A stretch of DNA of 64,000 nucleotides from Candidatus Eiseniibacteriota bacterium. Its GTDB lineage: Bacteria > Eisenbacteria > RBG-16-71-46. Made by a program: the position numbers and the translations under genes. This document shows, piece by piece, positions 48,906 to 57,596 of this stretch (its first letter is position 1; each line of letters starts with the position of its first letter). The DNA lies in assembly GCA_038231135.1 (NCBI GenBank), contig JBBRLX010000020.1:9548-73547 (forward strand). Reading direction: 5' to 3'. The notes under the pieces are model-generated. The model worked only from the letters and a program-made list of their open reading frames with translations, was not told where the DNA came from and searched no databases.

Positions 48906-49814
48906 ATGCCGCGATGGTGGGTTGGGGTTGCCCTTGTACTATGCACGTTGACCACCGTCCATGGGGCGTCCGCCTGCAGCCAGTGCATGTGCGGCACGCC
49001 GTTCCCCGCGGAGGTGCTGGGGGGTGTGGTGCCGGCGCAGTTCACGTACGGCCTCGAGGAGCGTTACCTCTCCAAGTCGAATGCCCTCGACGACGGGCCG
49101 GGCCAGGAACGGGAACGCGAGCATCGCGTCGCCGCGTTCGGAATGTGGCGTCCACTCGGCGCCGTCGCCCTGCTGGGCCGCGTGCCCTACAACGTGAAGC
49201 AGATCACTTCCCGCCCGGCGGGCGGGGCCCCGGACATCGAGACGTCGCGTGGCATCGGCGACGCCGAGTTGCTCGTGCTCGCAGGTATCTATCGCAGCTC
49301 CGGGAGCGCGCCCAGAGTCCTGGGGCTCGTGATCGGCGGCACGGTGCCTACCGGCTCGAATGACGTCCGGGCCGCCACGGGGACGCGGCTCGATTCACAC
49401 CTCCAGCCGGGCTCCGGCGCGTGGTCGGTCACGGCGGGTGTGAACTTCGCCGTCACCGGGGGGCGCGGGGTCTGGGACGCGAGCGCACTCGGACGCACGA
49501 GCGGCACCAGCTCCCACGGCTATCGCTATGGCGACGTGGTGCTCTACAACGCCGGCTTCACGTCGCACGCGTGGCGCGGCCTACAGTGGCTCGCCCAGCT
49601 CAACGGCCGCGCCGCGCGCCGCGACCGGCTCGAAAACGGCACGATCGGCGTGAACACCGGTGGCTCCGTCACGTATGCGTCGCCCGGGGTGCGCTGGCGC
49701 AGCGGTTTCGGTCTCACCGCCGAAGCGGCCCTGCAGGTGCCGGTGACGCAGTCATTGTTCGGCGACCAGACCGAACGCACGACCGGCAGGCTCACGCTGT
49801 CGATGACCCGTTGA
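48906..49814 (+). CDS. Putative outer-membrane beta-barrel with an N-terminal CxxCxC motif
   Basis: Signal peptide ending ASA, then CSQCMCG; G.GD, PTG, LQPGSG, Y.YGD and NTGG motifs. Start may be 48891. Confidence 0.65.
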   Translation: MPRWWVGVALVLCTLTTVHGASACSQCMCGTPFPAEVLGGVVPAQFTYGLEERYLSKSNALDDGPGQEREREHRVAAFGMWRPLGAVALLGRVPYNVKQITSRPAGGAPDIETSRGIGDAELLVLAGIYRSSGSAPRVLGLVIGGTVPTGSNDVRAATGTRLDSHLQPGSGAWSVTAGVNFAVTGGRGVWDASALGRTSGTSSHGYRYGDVVLYNAGFTSHAWRGLQWLAQLNGRAARRDRLENGTIGVNTGGSVTYASPGVRWRSGFGLTAEAALQVPVTQSLFGDQTERTTGRLTLSMTR

Positions 49815-49888
49815 CCTGGGTCGGCGCGGCGCCCGTGCCGGCCCTCGCAGCCGTTGACAGTGCCGGCGCGCCATGTGAGTTTCCCGCC

Positions 49889-51400
49889 GTGCGCGACTTC
49901 CTGACGGCGTTCGTTCTCGGCCTGTGTACGCTAGCGACCGCCTATGCCATGGAGCGGGCGGTGGCGCCGTTCTATGGCCAGGGCGCGTTCCTGCTCACCA
50001 CCACGCTCGTCGTGGCATTTCTCGCGATCGCCGCCGGGCTCGCACTGGGCGCCTTGCGTGCCGCCAGCCAGCGCCATGGAACGACCGCCGTGCCGTTGCT
50101 GGCGGCGATCGGCTGGACACTGCTGGCCGCCTGGCTGCGCACGCCGTTGTTGCAGGTACTCGGCGCCGCCGGGCTCAGACTGGCCACCGTGATTGCGGTC
50201 GTGGCATTCATCGGCGTGCCGGTGTCCGGGATCGCCTCGACGCTGGCGTATTCGACGGGACAGACGTCGGCGTCGCGACCCGGCGGCAGCGCGTGGTACG
50301 CGATCGCCTCCGCGCTGTCCGGCGCGGCGATCGGCGTGCCGCTCGTGATCTGGCTGTTGCTGCCGGGACTCGGCATCTCGGGAACGTTGATTCTCACCGC
50401 GGGCGTCGAGGGCCTCGTGGGATGCGTCATCCTCGGCGGCACCGGTAGCGCCGTGGCCCAGAGCGCCGCCGCGGTGCTCGTGGTGCTCGTCTCCGTGTTC
50501 TGTGCCGACGGCTCCCGGCACGATTCCAGGCGCGGCGTGATCGAGGCCCGCGAAGGCGCCGCGGCGCAATACCGGGTCGTGGAACGCGAGGACGGGCGCT
50601 TCCTCATCGCCGATGGCGGGATCCAGACCATGCTGTCCAAGGACACCGGCGAGCCGCTGTGGCGGCCGGCCGCCGCGCTCCGCATCGTGGACCTGTTCTT
50701 CGCCCATCCGGACTCGATGGTGGTGCTCGGCCTGCGCGGCGGCGCCGTCGCCAAGTACTTCGCACGCGAGGGCTGGCAGGTGACCGCGGTCGAGCCGGAT
50801 CCCGACGCGCTCGGCATCGCGTCACGCAGCCTGTCGTTCAGCGCCCGCGAGATCCCGACCCGGATCGACGACCTGCGCCAGTTCGTGCGAACGGATTCCG
50901 GCCGCCACCCGGTCGTGATCCTCGACGCCTTCGGCGCCAGCCCGTTTCCACGGCACCTCGTGACCCGCGAGTTCTTCGCCGAGGTGTCGCGCCGCGTGGC
51001 GACGAACGGCCTGTTCGCCACGGTCGTGGTGGCGCGAGGCTGGGACGATCCGCTGATCGCGTCGCTGGCAACTGAATTGCGCGAGAGGTTCCGATCCGTG
51101 GTCGCGCTCCCGACCAGCGAGCCCCCCAATACCGTGGGGTCGATCGTGCTGCTGGCGTCGAACCGCACGCTCGAGCTGCCCGAGGAACGCCTGCCGCAGC
51201 CGACGGACTACCTGATGAACCCGGAGGGCCTGTGGGGCGTGACGCAAATGAACCACGCCTGGCTCAATCGCTTCACGCCGCCCGCGGGGAGGGAGGAGTT
51301 CACCGACGATCGAAGCGGGATCGACCGGATCAGCGACGGCATCCTTTACGCGAGCCGCCTCGACGCGCATCAGACGTTCGCGGCCGGCGGGCTCTGGTGA
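49889..51400 (+). CDS. Fused membrane domain / spermidine-synthase-like SAM-fold protein
   Basis: About 7 TM helices, then LGL.GG, VE.DP, D.R.FV, I.LDAF and P.HL.TREF motifs. Confidence 0.75.
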   Translation: MRDFLTAFVLGLCTLATAYAMERAVAPFYGQGAFLLTTTLVVAFLAIAAGLALGALRAASQRHGTTAVPLLAAIGWTLLAAWLRTPLLQVLGAAGLRLATVIAVVAFIGVPVSGIASTLAYSTGQTSASRPGGSAWYAIASALSGAAIGVPLVIWLLLPGLGISGTLILTAGVEGLVGCVILGGTGSAVAQSAAAVLVVLVSVFCADGSRHDSRRGVIEAREGAAAQYRVVEREDGRFLIADGGIQTMLSKDTGEPLWRPAAALRIVDLFFAHPDSMVVLGLRGGAVAKYFAREGWQVTAVEPDPDALGIASRSLSFSAREIPTRIDDLRQFVRTDSGRHPVVILDAFGASPFPRHLVTREFFAEVSRRVATNGLFATVVVARGWDDPLIASLATELRERFRSVVALPTSEPPNTVGSIVLLASNRTLELPEERLPQPTDYLMNPEGLWGVTQMNHAWLNRFTPPAGREEFTDDRSGIDRISDGILYASRLDAHQTFAAGGLW

Positions 51401-51483
51401 TATGCCGCCGAAGGCAGGGTGTCTTCGGGTCCAGTAGCCAGCCGTGAATTCAAGAAGCGCTTCGACGCCCCTCACGCGGCGCG

Positions 51484-51813
51484 TCAGCGTCCCAGCGGCA
51501 CGATGTCGCCGGTCTCCTCGATTTCCACGGGATAGCCGTCGAGCCGCTTCGGCAGCACCGCGGTCAGCTCCGGCGTGCGCCGCTTTACCATGATCCGAAT
51601 GCACGGCCGGTGATCGCGCGTTTCGCCCTCGTAGACGCCGACGACGCCGGGGTGCTGCATGAGACCCGGCACATGGGCCGCGATCACCGCTGCGATGTCA
51701 CGCACGGGCGTCGTCTCCGGGGCGGGTTGGCGGGCGGGTGTCGCGGGCCGGCATCCCGCGCCCGAACCCGTCGCGATCAGGACGGCCAGCAGGAACCGGA
51801 GGGGACGCCGCAT
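51484..51813 (-). CDS. Small lipoprotein homologous to the pro-domain of the adjacent protease
   Basis: Lipobox-like GAGC; LM..PGVVGV..G......P..LDGYPV....TG.I.PL aligns by eye with the N-terminal region of 51910..53019. Confidence 0.8.
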   Translation of the reverse strand: MRRPLRFLLAVLIATGSGAGCRPATPARQPAPETTPVRDIAAVIAAHVPGLMQHPGVVGVYEGETRDHRPCIRIMVKRRTPELTAVLPKRLDGYPVEIEETGDIVPLGR

Positions 51814-51909
51814 GCATCGCAGCGTCGCACGTTCGCAGGTTCAGCTCCACCGGAAATGCGTCGAGGCGCCGGCGGGCTGCCGGCGCCTCGAACGCTGTAC
51901 CGCCAAACG

Positions 51910-53019
51910 TCAGTGGCCGACCATCGAGGCTCCGAGGAAGCTCAGGACCTGCCCGATCGGGTTCGCGATCGCGCTCGTCGAGCTGCCGGCGAACAGCAGG
52001 CCCACGGCGCGCGGATTCGTGGTGACGTCCTCGACCATCAAGGAGCCCGAGTCACCGCTGTTCAGGAACCGTGAGCCCTTGTTCTTGACCACGATCTGGC
52101 CCGTGAACGTCTTCGTGAACGCGCTGCCGCCGGCGCACTCGTTCTCGTACGCCACACTGACCGTGGCGTTGAGTCCGCTGATGCTGCTGCGCGACAGGCC
52201 GGTCGTACGGCCGCTCTTCTTCACGGCCTGGCCGATCGACGCCCCCACGGTGCTCGCGCTGATCGTTCCGACATCGAGGATCGAGCCGTCGGTGCGCACC
52301 ATGCCCGAGATCACCGAGGCGATCGCGCAATCGACGTTCGAACCCGGCAGGCTCTTGATGCCCGACAGGCTGGCGACGTTCTGTGCGCTGGTCGCGGTGC
52401 AGCCCACGTCGATCAGCCCCGGCTGCACGACCGGATCGCCGGCCTTGGCCACGCGACCGTTGCCGCCGCTCACGATGTCGGCTTCGAACACGTGATAGTT
52501 GCTCAGCACGTACTGGGTGCCGCCCTTGGATACCAGCGAACCCAGCGTGCCGCCGCAGCAGTAGCCGTTGGCGAGGTCGTAGCGCCAGCCACCCGAGGTG
52601 CCGAGCTGGATCGGGGCCGTCTGCTTGGCCTTGTGGTCCGCCATCGCGACGATCTTGCCCGTCACTTCCTCGACGACCGGCTGGCCTTCGATCATCGCCG
52701 GCAGCCGGCCGGCGCCGAGAGCGCGCTCCGTGAGCACCAGCACCGCGGGACGGCCGCTGGCATCGAGGCCGACCGCGGTGCCGATCACGTTCGGGATCGA
52801 CATCAGCGAGCGGGTGTTGCGCTCCTGGATCTGGATGAGGCGCTGCACCTGCGGGTTCCGCAGGCTGAGACCGGTCTCGGCGGGGTTGTTCTGCGACAGG
52901 CCGCTGACCGGAGCGAGCGGGCTCTGTTGAGTGCTGCATCCGATGAGGGCGACGGTGGCGATGCTGGTTGCGGCGAGAGCGACGAGCCACAGTGTTCGGG
53001 AACGGGGGACATTCCGCAT
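51910..53019 (-). CDS. Lipoprotein trypsin-like (S1) serine protease with an N-terminal pro-domain
   Basis: GGAGG RBS; lipobox LIGC; GTLG, SN.HV (His), VDCAIA (Asp), KSGRTTG and GDSGS (Ser). Confidence 0.88.
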   Translation of the reverse strand: MRNVPRSRTLWLVALAATSIATVALIGCSTQQSPLAPVSGLSQNNPAETGLSLRNPQVQRLIQIQERNTRSLMSIPNVIGTAVGLDASGRPAVLVLTERALGAGRLPAMIEGQPVVEEVTGKIVAMADHKAKQTAPIQLGTSGGWRYDLANGYCCGGTLGSLVSKGGTQYVLSNYHVFEADIVSGGNGRVAKAGDPVVQPGLIDVGCTATSAQNVASLSGIKSLPGSNVDCAIASVISGMVRTDGSILDVGTISASTVGASIGQAVKKSGRTTGLSRSSISGLNATVSVAYENECAGGSAFTKTFTGQIVVKNKGSRFLNSGDSGSLMVEDVTTNPRAVGLLFAGSSTSAIANPIGQVLSFLGASMVGH

Positions 53020-53320
53020 GGTTCGATCCTCCATCTTATGAGGGGAAACGTGGGGTGGCTCCGCTCGCAGGCCAGGAGCCTGATGCGAAACTGACAGAAG
53101 ACAAGACGGAGTCAAGCACTATTCGGCATTGCCTGCCTTCGACCCCGGCGCACCATGACGGCCGGCACGCTTTCGAGGCTGCGTTCCGCCGCTGAACGAC
53201 TCACAATTATATGGATCGGCGGCAATTGACCTCTGCTAGGCTCCCCCCAGCAGGAACCCCCACCGGAGTCTGCCGCAGGCTCCACCATCCAACACCGGTC
53301 CTGTTTCGTTGGAGTCGATC

Positions 53321-54709
53321 ATGACCATTCAGGGTTCATCCGTCGCTACCGAGAAGTTGCGCGCCGCCATGCGCGGCGAAGTGATCCAGCCCGGAGACGC
53401 GAAGTACGACGAAGCACGCAAGATCTGGAACGGCGATATCGATCGCCATCCCTCCGTGATCGCGCGGTGCGCCGACGTCGATGACGTGCGCGCGGCGATC
53501 GCGTTCGCGCGCGATCATGGGTTGAAGCTGGCGATCAAGTCCGGCGGCCACAGTATGCCTGGCCACTCGATCGCGGACGGCGCACTGATGATCGACATGC
53601 GCCCGATGAACAAGGTCACGGTGGATGCGGCCAAACGGACCGCCACGATTCAGGGCGGAGCGATCTGGTCGGAGGTCGACGGCGCCACCCAGGCGCACGG
53701 CCTCGCGGTCACCGGCGGCCATGTGACGCACACCGGTGTCGCCGGGCTTACGCTCGGCGGCGGCATCGGCCACCTGATGCGCAAGCTCGGGCTCACGATC
53801 GACAACCTGGAATCGGTGGAGTTGGTGACGGCCGACGGCAAGGTGCAGCGCGCGAGCTCCATCGAGAACCCCGACCTGTTCTGGGCCGTGCGCGGCGGTG
53901 GCGGCAACTTCGGCGTCGCCACCGAGTTCGTCGTGCGGCTGACGCCGGTGGGACCCACGGTGCTCGGCGGGCTTGCGTTCTATGCGCCCGACAAGGGCCC
54001 CGAGCTGCTGCGCCGCTACGCCGAGTACTGCAAGACGGCGCCGGACGAGGTCACGACGATCGTCGTCTACCTGCACGCTCCGCCGTTCGACTTCGTGCCC
54101 AAGGCGGTGCAGCTCAAGCCGGGATATGCGCTGGTGGTCGTCGGCACCGACATCGCCATCGCGGAGCAGGCGGTCAAGGAGTTGCGCGCGTTCGGGCCGC
54201 CGTTGTTCGACATCATCTCGCCGATGCCCTACGTCGCGGTGCAGGGCATGTTCGATCCGGCGCAGCCGCCCGGCACGCTGGTGTACTCCAAGGCGCACTA
54301 CCTGCAGCAGTTGAACGACAAGTCGATCGCGGCCATCCACGAGCGCGCGCTGTCGATGCCGCCGGGACACTCGAGCCTGTTCATCCTGCAGATGGGTGGC
54401 GCGGTCGCGCGGGTGCCGGACGATGCGACGGCGTTCGGCGGCCGTGACGCGGCGTTCCAAACCCTGTTCCTCGGGGTCTGGGACGAGGCGCAGCGACGGG
54501 ACAATGCCGTGCGCTGGACGCGGGACACCTGGAGCGCGCTCGAGCCGTACGCTCATGGCGCCTACGTCAACCTCTCGGACACGCAGGATGAAGCCGAACT
54601 CAAGGTCACGTACGGCGCCGAGAAGTTCGCGAAGCTGCAGCGCATCAAGGCCAAGTACGATCCCGGGAATTTCTTTAGCCTAAACCAGAACATCCGGCCC
54701 GCGAAATAG
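53321..54709 (+). CDS. FAD-binding oxidoreductase (VAO/BBE family)
   Basis: SGGHS covalent-FAD motif, G..GLTLGGG.G, DLFWA.RGGG.NFG and YVN...K.KYDP.N.F. Confidence 0.93.
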   Translation: MTIQGSSVATEKLRAAMRGEVIQPGDAKYDEARKIWNGDIDRHPSVIARCADVDDVRAAIAFARDHGLKLAIKSGGHSMPGHSIADGALMIDMRPMNKVTVDAAKRTATIQGGAIWSEVDGATQAHGLAVTGGHVTHTGVAGLTLGGGIGHLMRKLGLTIDNLESVELVTADGKVQRASSIENPDLFWAVRGGGGNFGVATEFVVRLTPVGPTVLGGLAFYAPDKGPELLRRYAEYCKTAPDEVTTIVVYLHAPPFDFVPKAVQLKPGYALVVVGTDIAIAEQAVKELRAFGPPLFDIISPMPYVAVQGMFDPAQPPGTLVYSKAHYLQQLNDKSIAAIHERALSMPPGHSSLFILQMGGAVARVPDDATAFGGRDAAFQTLFLGVWDEAQRRDNAVRWTRDTWSALEPYAHGAYVNLSDTQDEAELKVTYGAEKFAKLQRIKAKYDPGNFFSLNQNIRPAK

Positions 54710-54746
54710 CTGTAAGTAACGCCCGCAAGGTTCGGTCGTGAAACGA

Positions 54747-54772
54747 GATGGCCGCCCAACCGGGCGGCCATC
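54747..54772. terminator. Hairpin between convergent genes
   Basis: GATGGCCGCCC-AACC-GGGCGGCCATC, an 11-bp perfect stem. Confidence 0.6.
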
Positions 54773-54829
54773 GTCGTGAGCGGACTTGCGCCAGCGACCG
54801 CGCGCGGCGCGAGTCCTGTCAGCGCACGA

Positions 54830-57205
54830 TCAAGCCGCCGCCGCGTGGGGTGGTGACTCGGACTCCGTGCCTGCAGCGGGCTTCACCGGGAGTCGCCCGC
54901 TCAGCACGTCCGTCAGGTCGGAGGTGCGGACCGGCTTCGTGAGGTAGGCGTCCATGCCGGCTTCGATGCAGCGCTCCCGATCGCCGCTCATCGCGTGGGC
55001 CGTCAACGCCACGATGAACACGTGCCGGTCGGTGCCGGCTTCCCGGGCGCGGATGAGCGCCGTCGCCTCGAAGCCGTCGAGCACCGGCATCTGCACGTCC
55101 ATGAGAATGACGTCGAACGAGTGTTCGACAAGGATGTCGAGCGCGGCCTGCCCGTCGAATGCCATCGTCACCCGGTGTCCGTAATTGGTCAGCATCCGCG
55201 AGGCGATCGTGCGATTCACCGGGTTGTCCTCGACCAGCAGCACGTCGAGCACCGCGCGATCGTGCCGTAGCGTATGGCGGGTGACGATCGCGGGCGCCTC
55301 CAGCGAGGTCGAGGCGTCCCGTTCCGCCAGCACGCGGCGCAGCGTCTCGAGCAGGTCGGCCTGGGCCGCGGGCTTCATGAGGTACGCCGCCACGCCGATC
55401 GACCGGCACCGCGCGACGTCGCCGCGCTGTCCGCCCGAGGTCAGCATGATCAGCACGCAGGACGCGAGATCCGGGGTCGCCTTGATCCGCTCCGCCACCG
55501 TGAACCCGTCCATTTCCGGCATGTGACAGTCGAGGATCACCGCGTCGAACGGGACCCCGGCGACGTGTGACCGCCGCATGGCGTCCAGCGCCTCCCGGCC
55601 GGTGGATACGGTGGTCACGACGATTCGGCAGTAGGCGAGGGTATCCGCGATGATCCGCCGGTTCGTGGGATGGTCGTCGACCACGAGGATCCGCTTACCC
55701 GCAAGGCCCTCTGCCGCGAGCATGGCCGGAGCCGCACTCTGGAGAACGGCCGTGAGCCGGATGGAGAACGAGAACGTGCTGCCTTCGCCGGCCTGGCTCA
55801 TTACCTCGAGCGTCCCGCCCATCATTCCGACCAGCTGGCGGGAGATCGACAGCCCGAGCCCGGTGCCGCCGAACTTGCGGGTCGTGGAGCCGTCCGCCTG
55901 GCTGAACGCATCGAAGATCGCGCGCTGCTGCTCGGCGGTAATCCCCACGCCGGTGTCGCGCACCGCGAAGTGCAGGGTGATCTCCGGCCAGTCGACGGCG
56001 GCGCTCGTCACCGTCAGCACGACCTCGCCGCGCTCCGTGAACTTGATCGCGTTGCCGAGCAGGTTGATGAGCACCTGCCGGATGCGGGTCGCGTCGCCGA
56101 CGACCAGGTCGGGAATGGCCGGGTCGATCTCGTAGTTGAGCTCGATCTGATGCTGCAGCGCCTGGTTCGCGACTGCGCGGATCGTCTGCTGCATCATGTC
56201 CCGCAGCTGGAATTCGAACGGATCCAGCTCCAGCCGTCCGACTTCGATCTTGGAGAAGTCCAGGATGTCGTTGATGACCGTCAGCAGGTTCTCAGCCGAG
56301 CCGCGGATGGTGCGCGCGCAGTCCAGTTGGTCCTCGGTCAGTTCGGAGTCGAGCAGCACCTCGGTCATCCCGAGCACGCCGTTCATCGGGGTGCGGATCT
56401 CGTGGCTCATGTTCGCGAGGAACTCCGACTTCATGCGCGAGCCGGCGAGCGCCTGTTCGCGGGCGAGGGTCAGTTCGGACGTGCGCTGCTGGACACGGTC
56501 TTCGAGGCTCTGGTTCGTCGCCTCCACGTCGGCACGCTCGCAGGCCATCGACCGCGTGGCCGCGAGGCTGCGCCGGATCGACACGAACAGAAACGAGTCC
56601 TCGAAGATCACATAACCGGCGTGCTCGATCGCCCGCCAGGGCGATGCGACCAGCACGCCGTACACCGACTGCGGCCAGTACATGCCACCCAGCACGTGAT
56701 CGAGCGTGACGACGGTGGAGGCGGTGACCAGCACGCGCCAGTCCCGGTAGAACGCCAGCAGCGCGAGCGAGCCGAAGATGTGAAAGTGCGTCTCGACGCG
56801 GCCACCCGTCAGGTGGATCAGCAGCATCGAGGTCAGCATCTGACCGGCCGCGATGACATGGCGCGTCAGGCCGCGCCCGGGCTGCAGCACCGCGAGCAGC
56901 ACGGGCAGCGCCGTGACGATCCCGCCCAGGAACACGGCGGCGTAGACGTGCGCGTTCGTCTGGCTCTGAGCTCCGATCCACGTCCGTGGCGAGATCCACA
57001 GCGCAATGGCGATGCCGGCCAGCCACTGGCAGACCATGAGGACGGCGAACAGGCGGTCCGTCTTGCACGCGAGCTTCCATTGCTCGTCGAGGAACAACTC
57101 CCGGGTGCGGCGGGCGATGCCTAGGTCCTTGACCGGTGCCGCCTGCGGCGGCTCCATCACGAGCGCGGCGTCGGGTCCGGCGGCGGGCAGAGGAATCTCG
57201 GTCAT
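54830..57205 (-). CDS. Membrane hybrid histidine kinase with a His-rich multi-TM input and two receiver domains
   Basis: ATG 57205; about 6 TM helices; [25 protein letters not shown]; two REC domains with intact Asp, Thr and Lys. Confidence 0.93.
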   Translation of the reverse strand: MTEIPLPAAGPDAALVMEPPQAAPVKDLGIARRTRELFLDEQWKLACKTDRLFAVLMVCQWLAGIAIALWISPRTWIGAQSQTNAHVYAAVFLGGIVTALPVLLAVLQPGRGLTRHVIAAGQMLTSMLLIHLTGGRVETHFHIFGSLALLAFYRDWRVLVTASTVVTLDHVLGGMYWPQSVYGVLVASPWRAIEHAGYVIFEDSFLFVSIRRSLAATRSMACERADVEATNQSLEDRVQQRTSELTLAREQALAGSRMKSEFLANMSHEIRTPMNGVLGMTEVLLDSELTEDQLDCARTIRGSAENLLTVINDILDFSKIEVGRLELDPFEFQLRDMMQQTIRAVANQALQHQIELNYEIDPAIPDLVVGDATRIRQVLINLLGNAIKFTERGEVVLTVTSAAVDWPEITLHFAVRDTGVGITAEQQRAIFDAFSQADGSTTRKFGGTGLGLSISRQLVGMMGGTLEVMSQAGEGSTFSFSIRLTAVLQSAAPAMLAAEGLAGKRILVVDDHPTNRRIIADTLAYCRIVVTTVSTGREALDAMRRSHVAGVPFDAVILDCHMPEMDGFTVAERIKATPDLASCVLIMLTSGGQRGDVARCRSIGVAAYLMKPAAQADLLETLRRVLAERDASTSLEAPAIVTRHTLRHDRAVLDVLLVEDNPVNRTIASRMLTNYGHRVTMAFDGQAALDILVEHSFDVILMDVQMPVLDGFEATALIRAREAGTDRHVFIVALTAHAMSGDRERCIEAGMDAYLTKPVRTSDLTDVLSGRLPVKPAAGTESESPPHAAAA

Positions 57206-57209
57206 GGTA

Positions 57210-57581
57210 TCACTCCGTCTTCCGGGACCATGCGAGCAGCACGGGCTCGAGGCGCGCGTATTCCGAGGCCAGCATCGCCTGCAGTTCCGCGACGCCGGCG
57301 GTGTCGCCCGCCCGCTGGCGAACCTCGAGCTCGCGGCATGCTGCGCCGAACGCGCCGGCGCCGAGTGCCAGGCCGCTGCCCTTGAGGGTGTGGGTGTGGC
57401 GCTGGATGGCCGTGGCATCGCCGGTTCGCACCGCTTCGGCCAATGCCGCGAGCAGCGGCCGGCACGCGGCGATGAAGTCCTCGATCACGTCACGACGGAA
57501 CGCGGGATCGCCGCCCGACACTTCGTCGAGCACGTCGGGGTCGTAGACCGACACGTCATCGAATCCTTCGGGCACGGGCAT
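57210..57581 (-). CDS. Stand-alone Hpt phosphotransfer protein
   Basis: D...L....GGD, HTLKGS...LGA......C..LE Hpt signature. Confidence 0.9.
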   Translation of the reverse strand: MPVPEGFDDVSVYDPDVLDEVSGGDPAFRRDVIEDFIAACRPLLAALAEAVRTGDATAIQRHTHTLKGSGLALGAGAFGAACRELEVRQRAGDTAGVAELQAMLASEYARLEPVLLAWSRKTE

Positions 57582-57596
57582 CGGGGGCCTTCGAGG

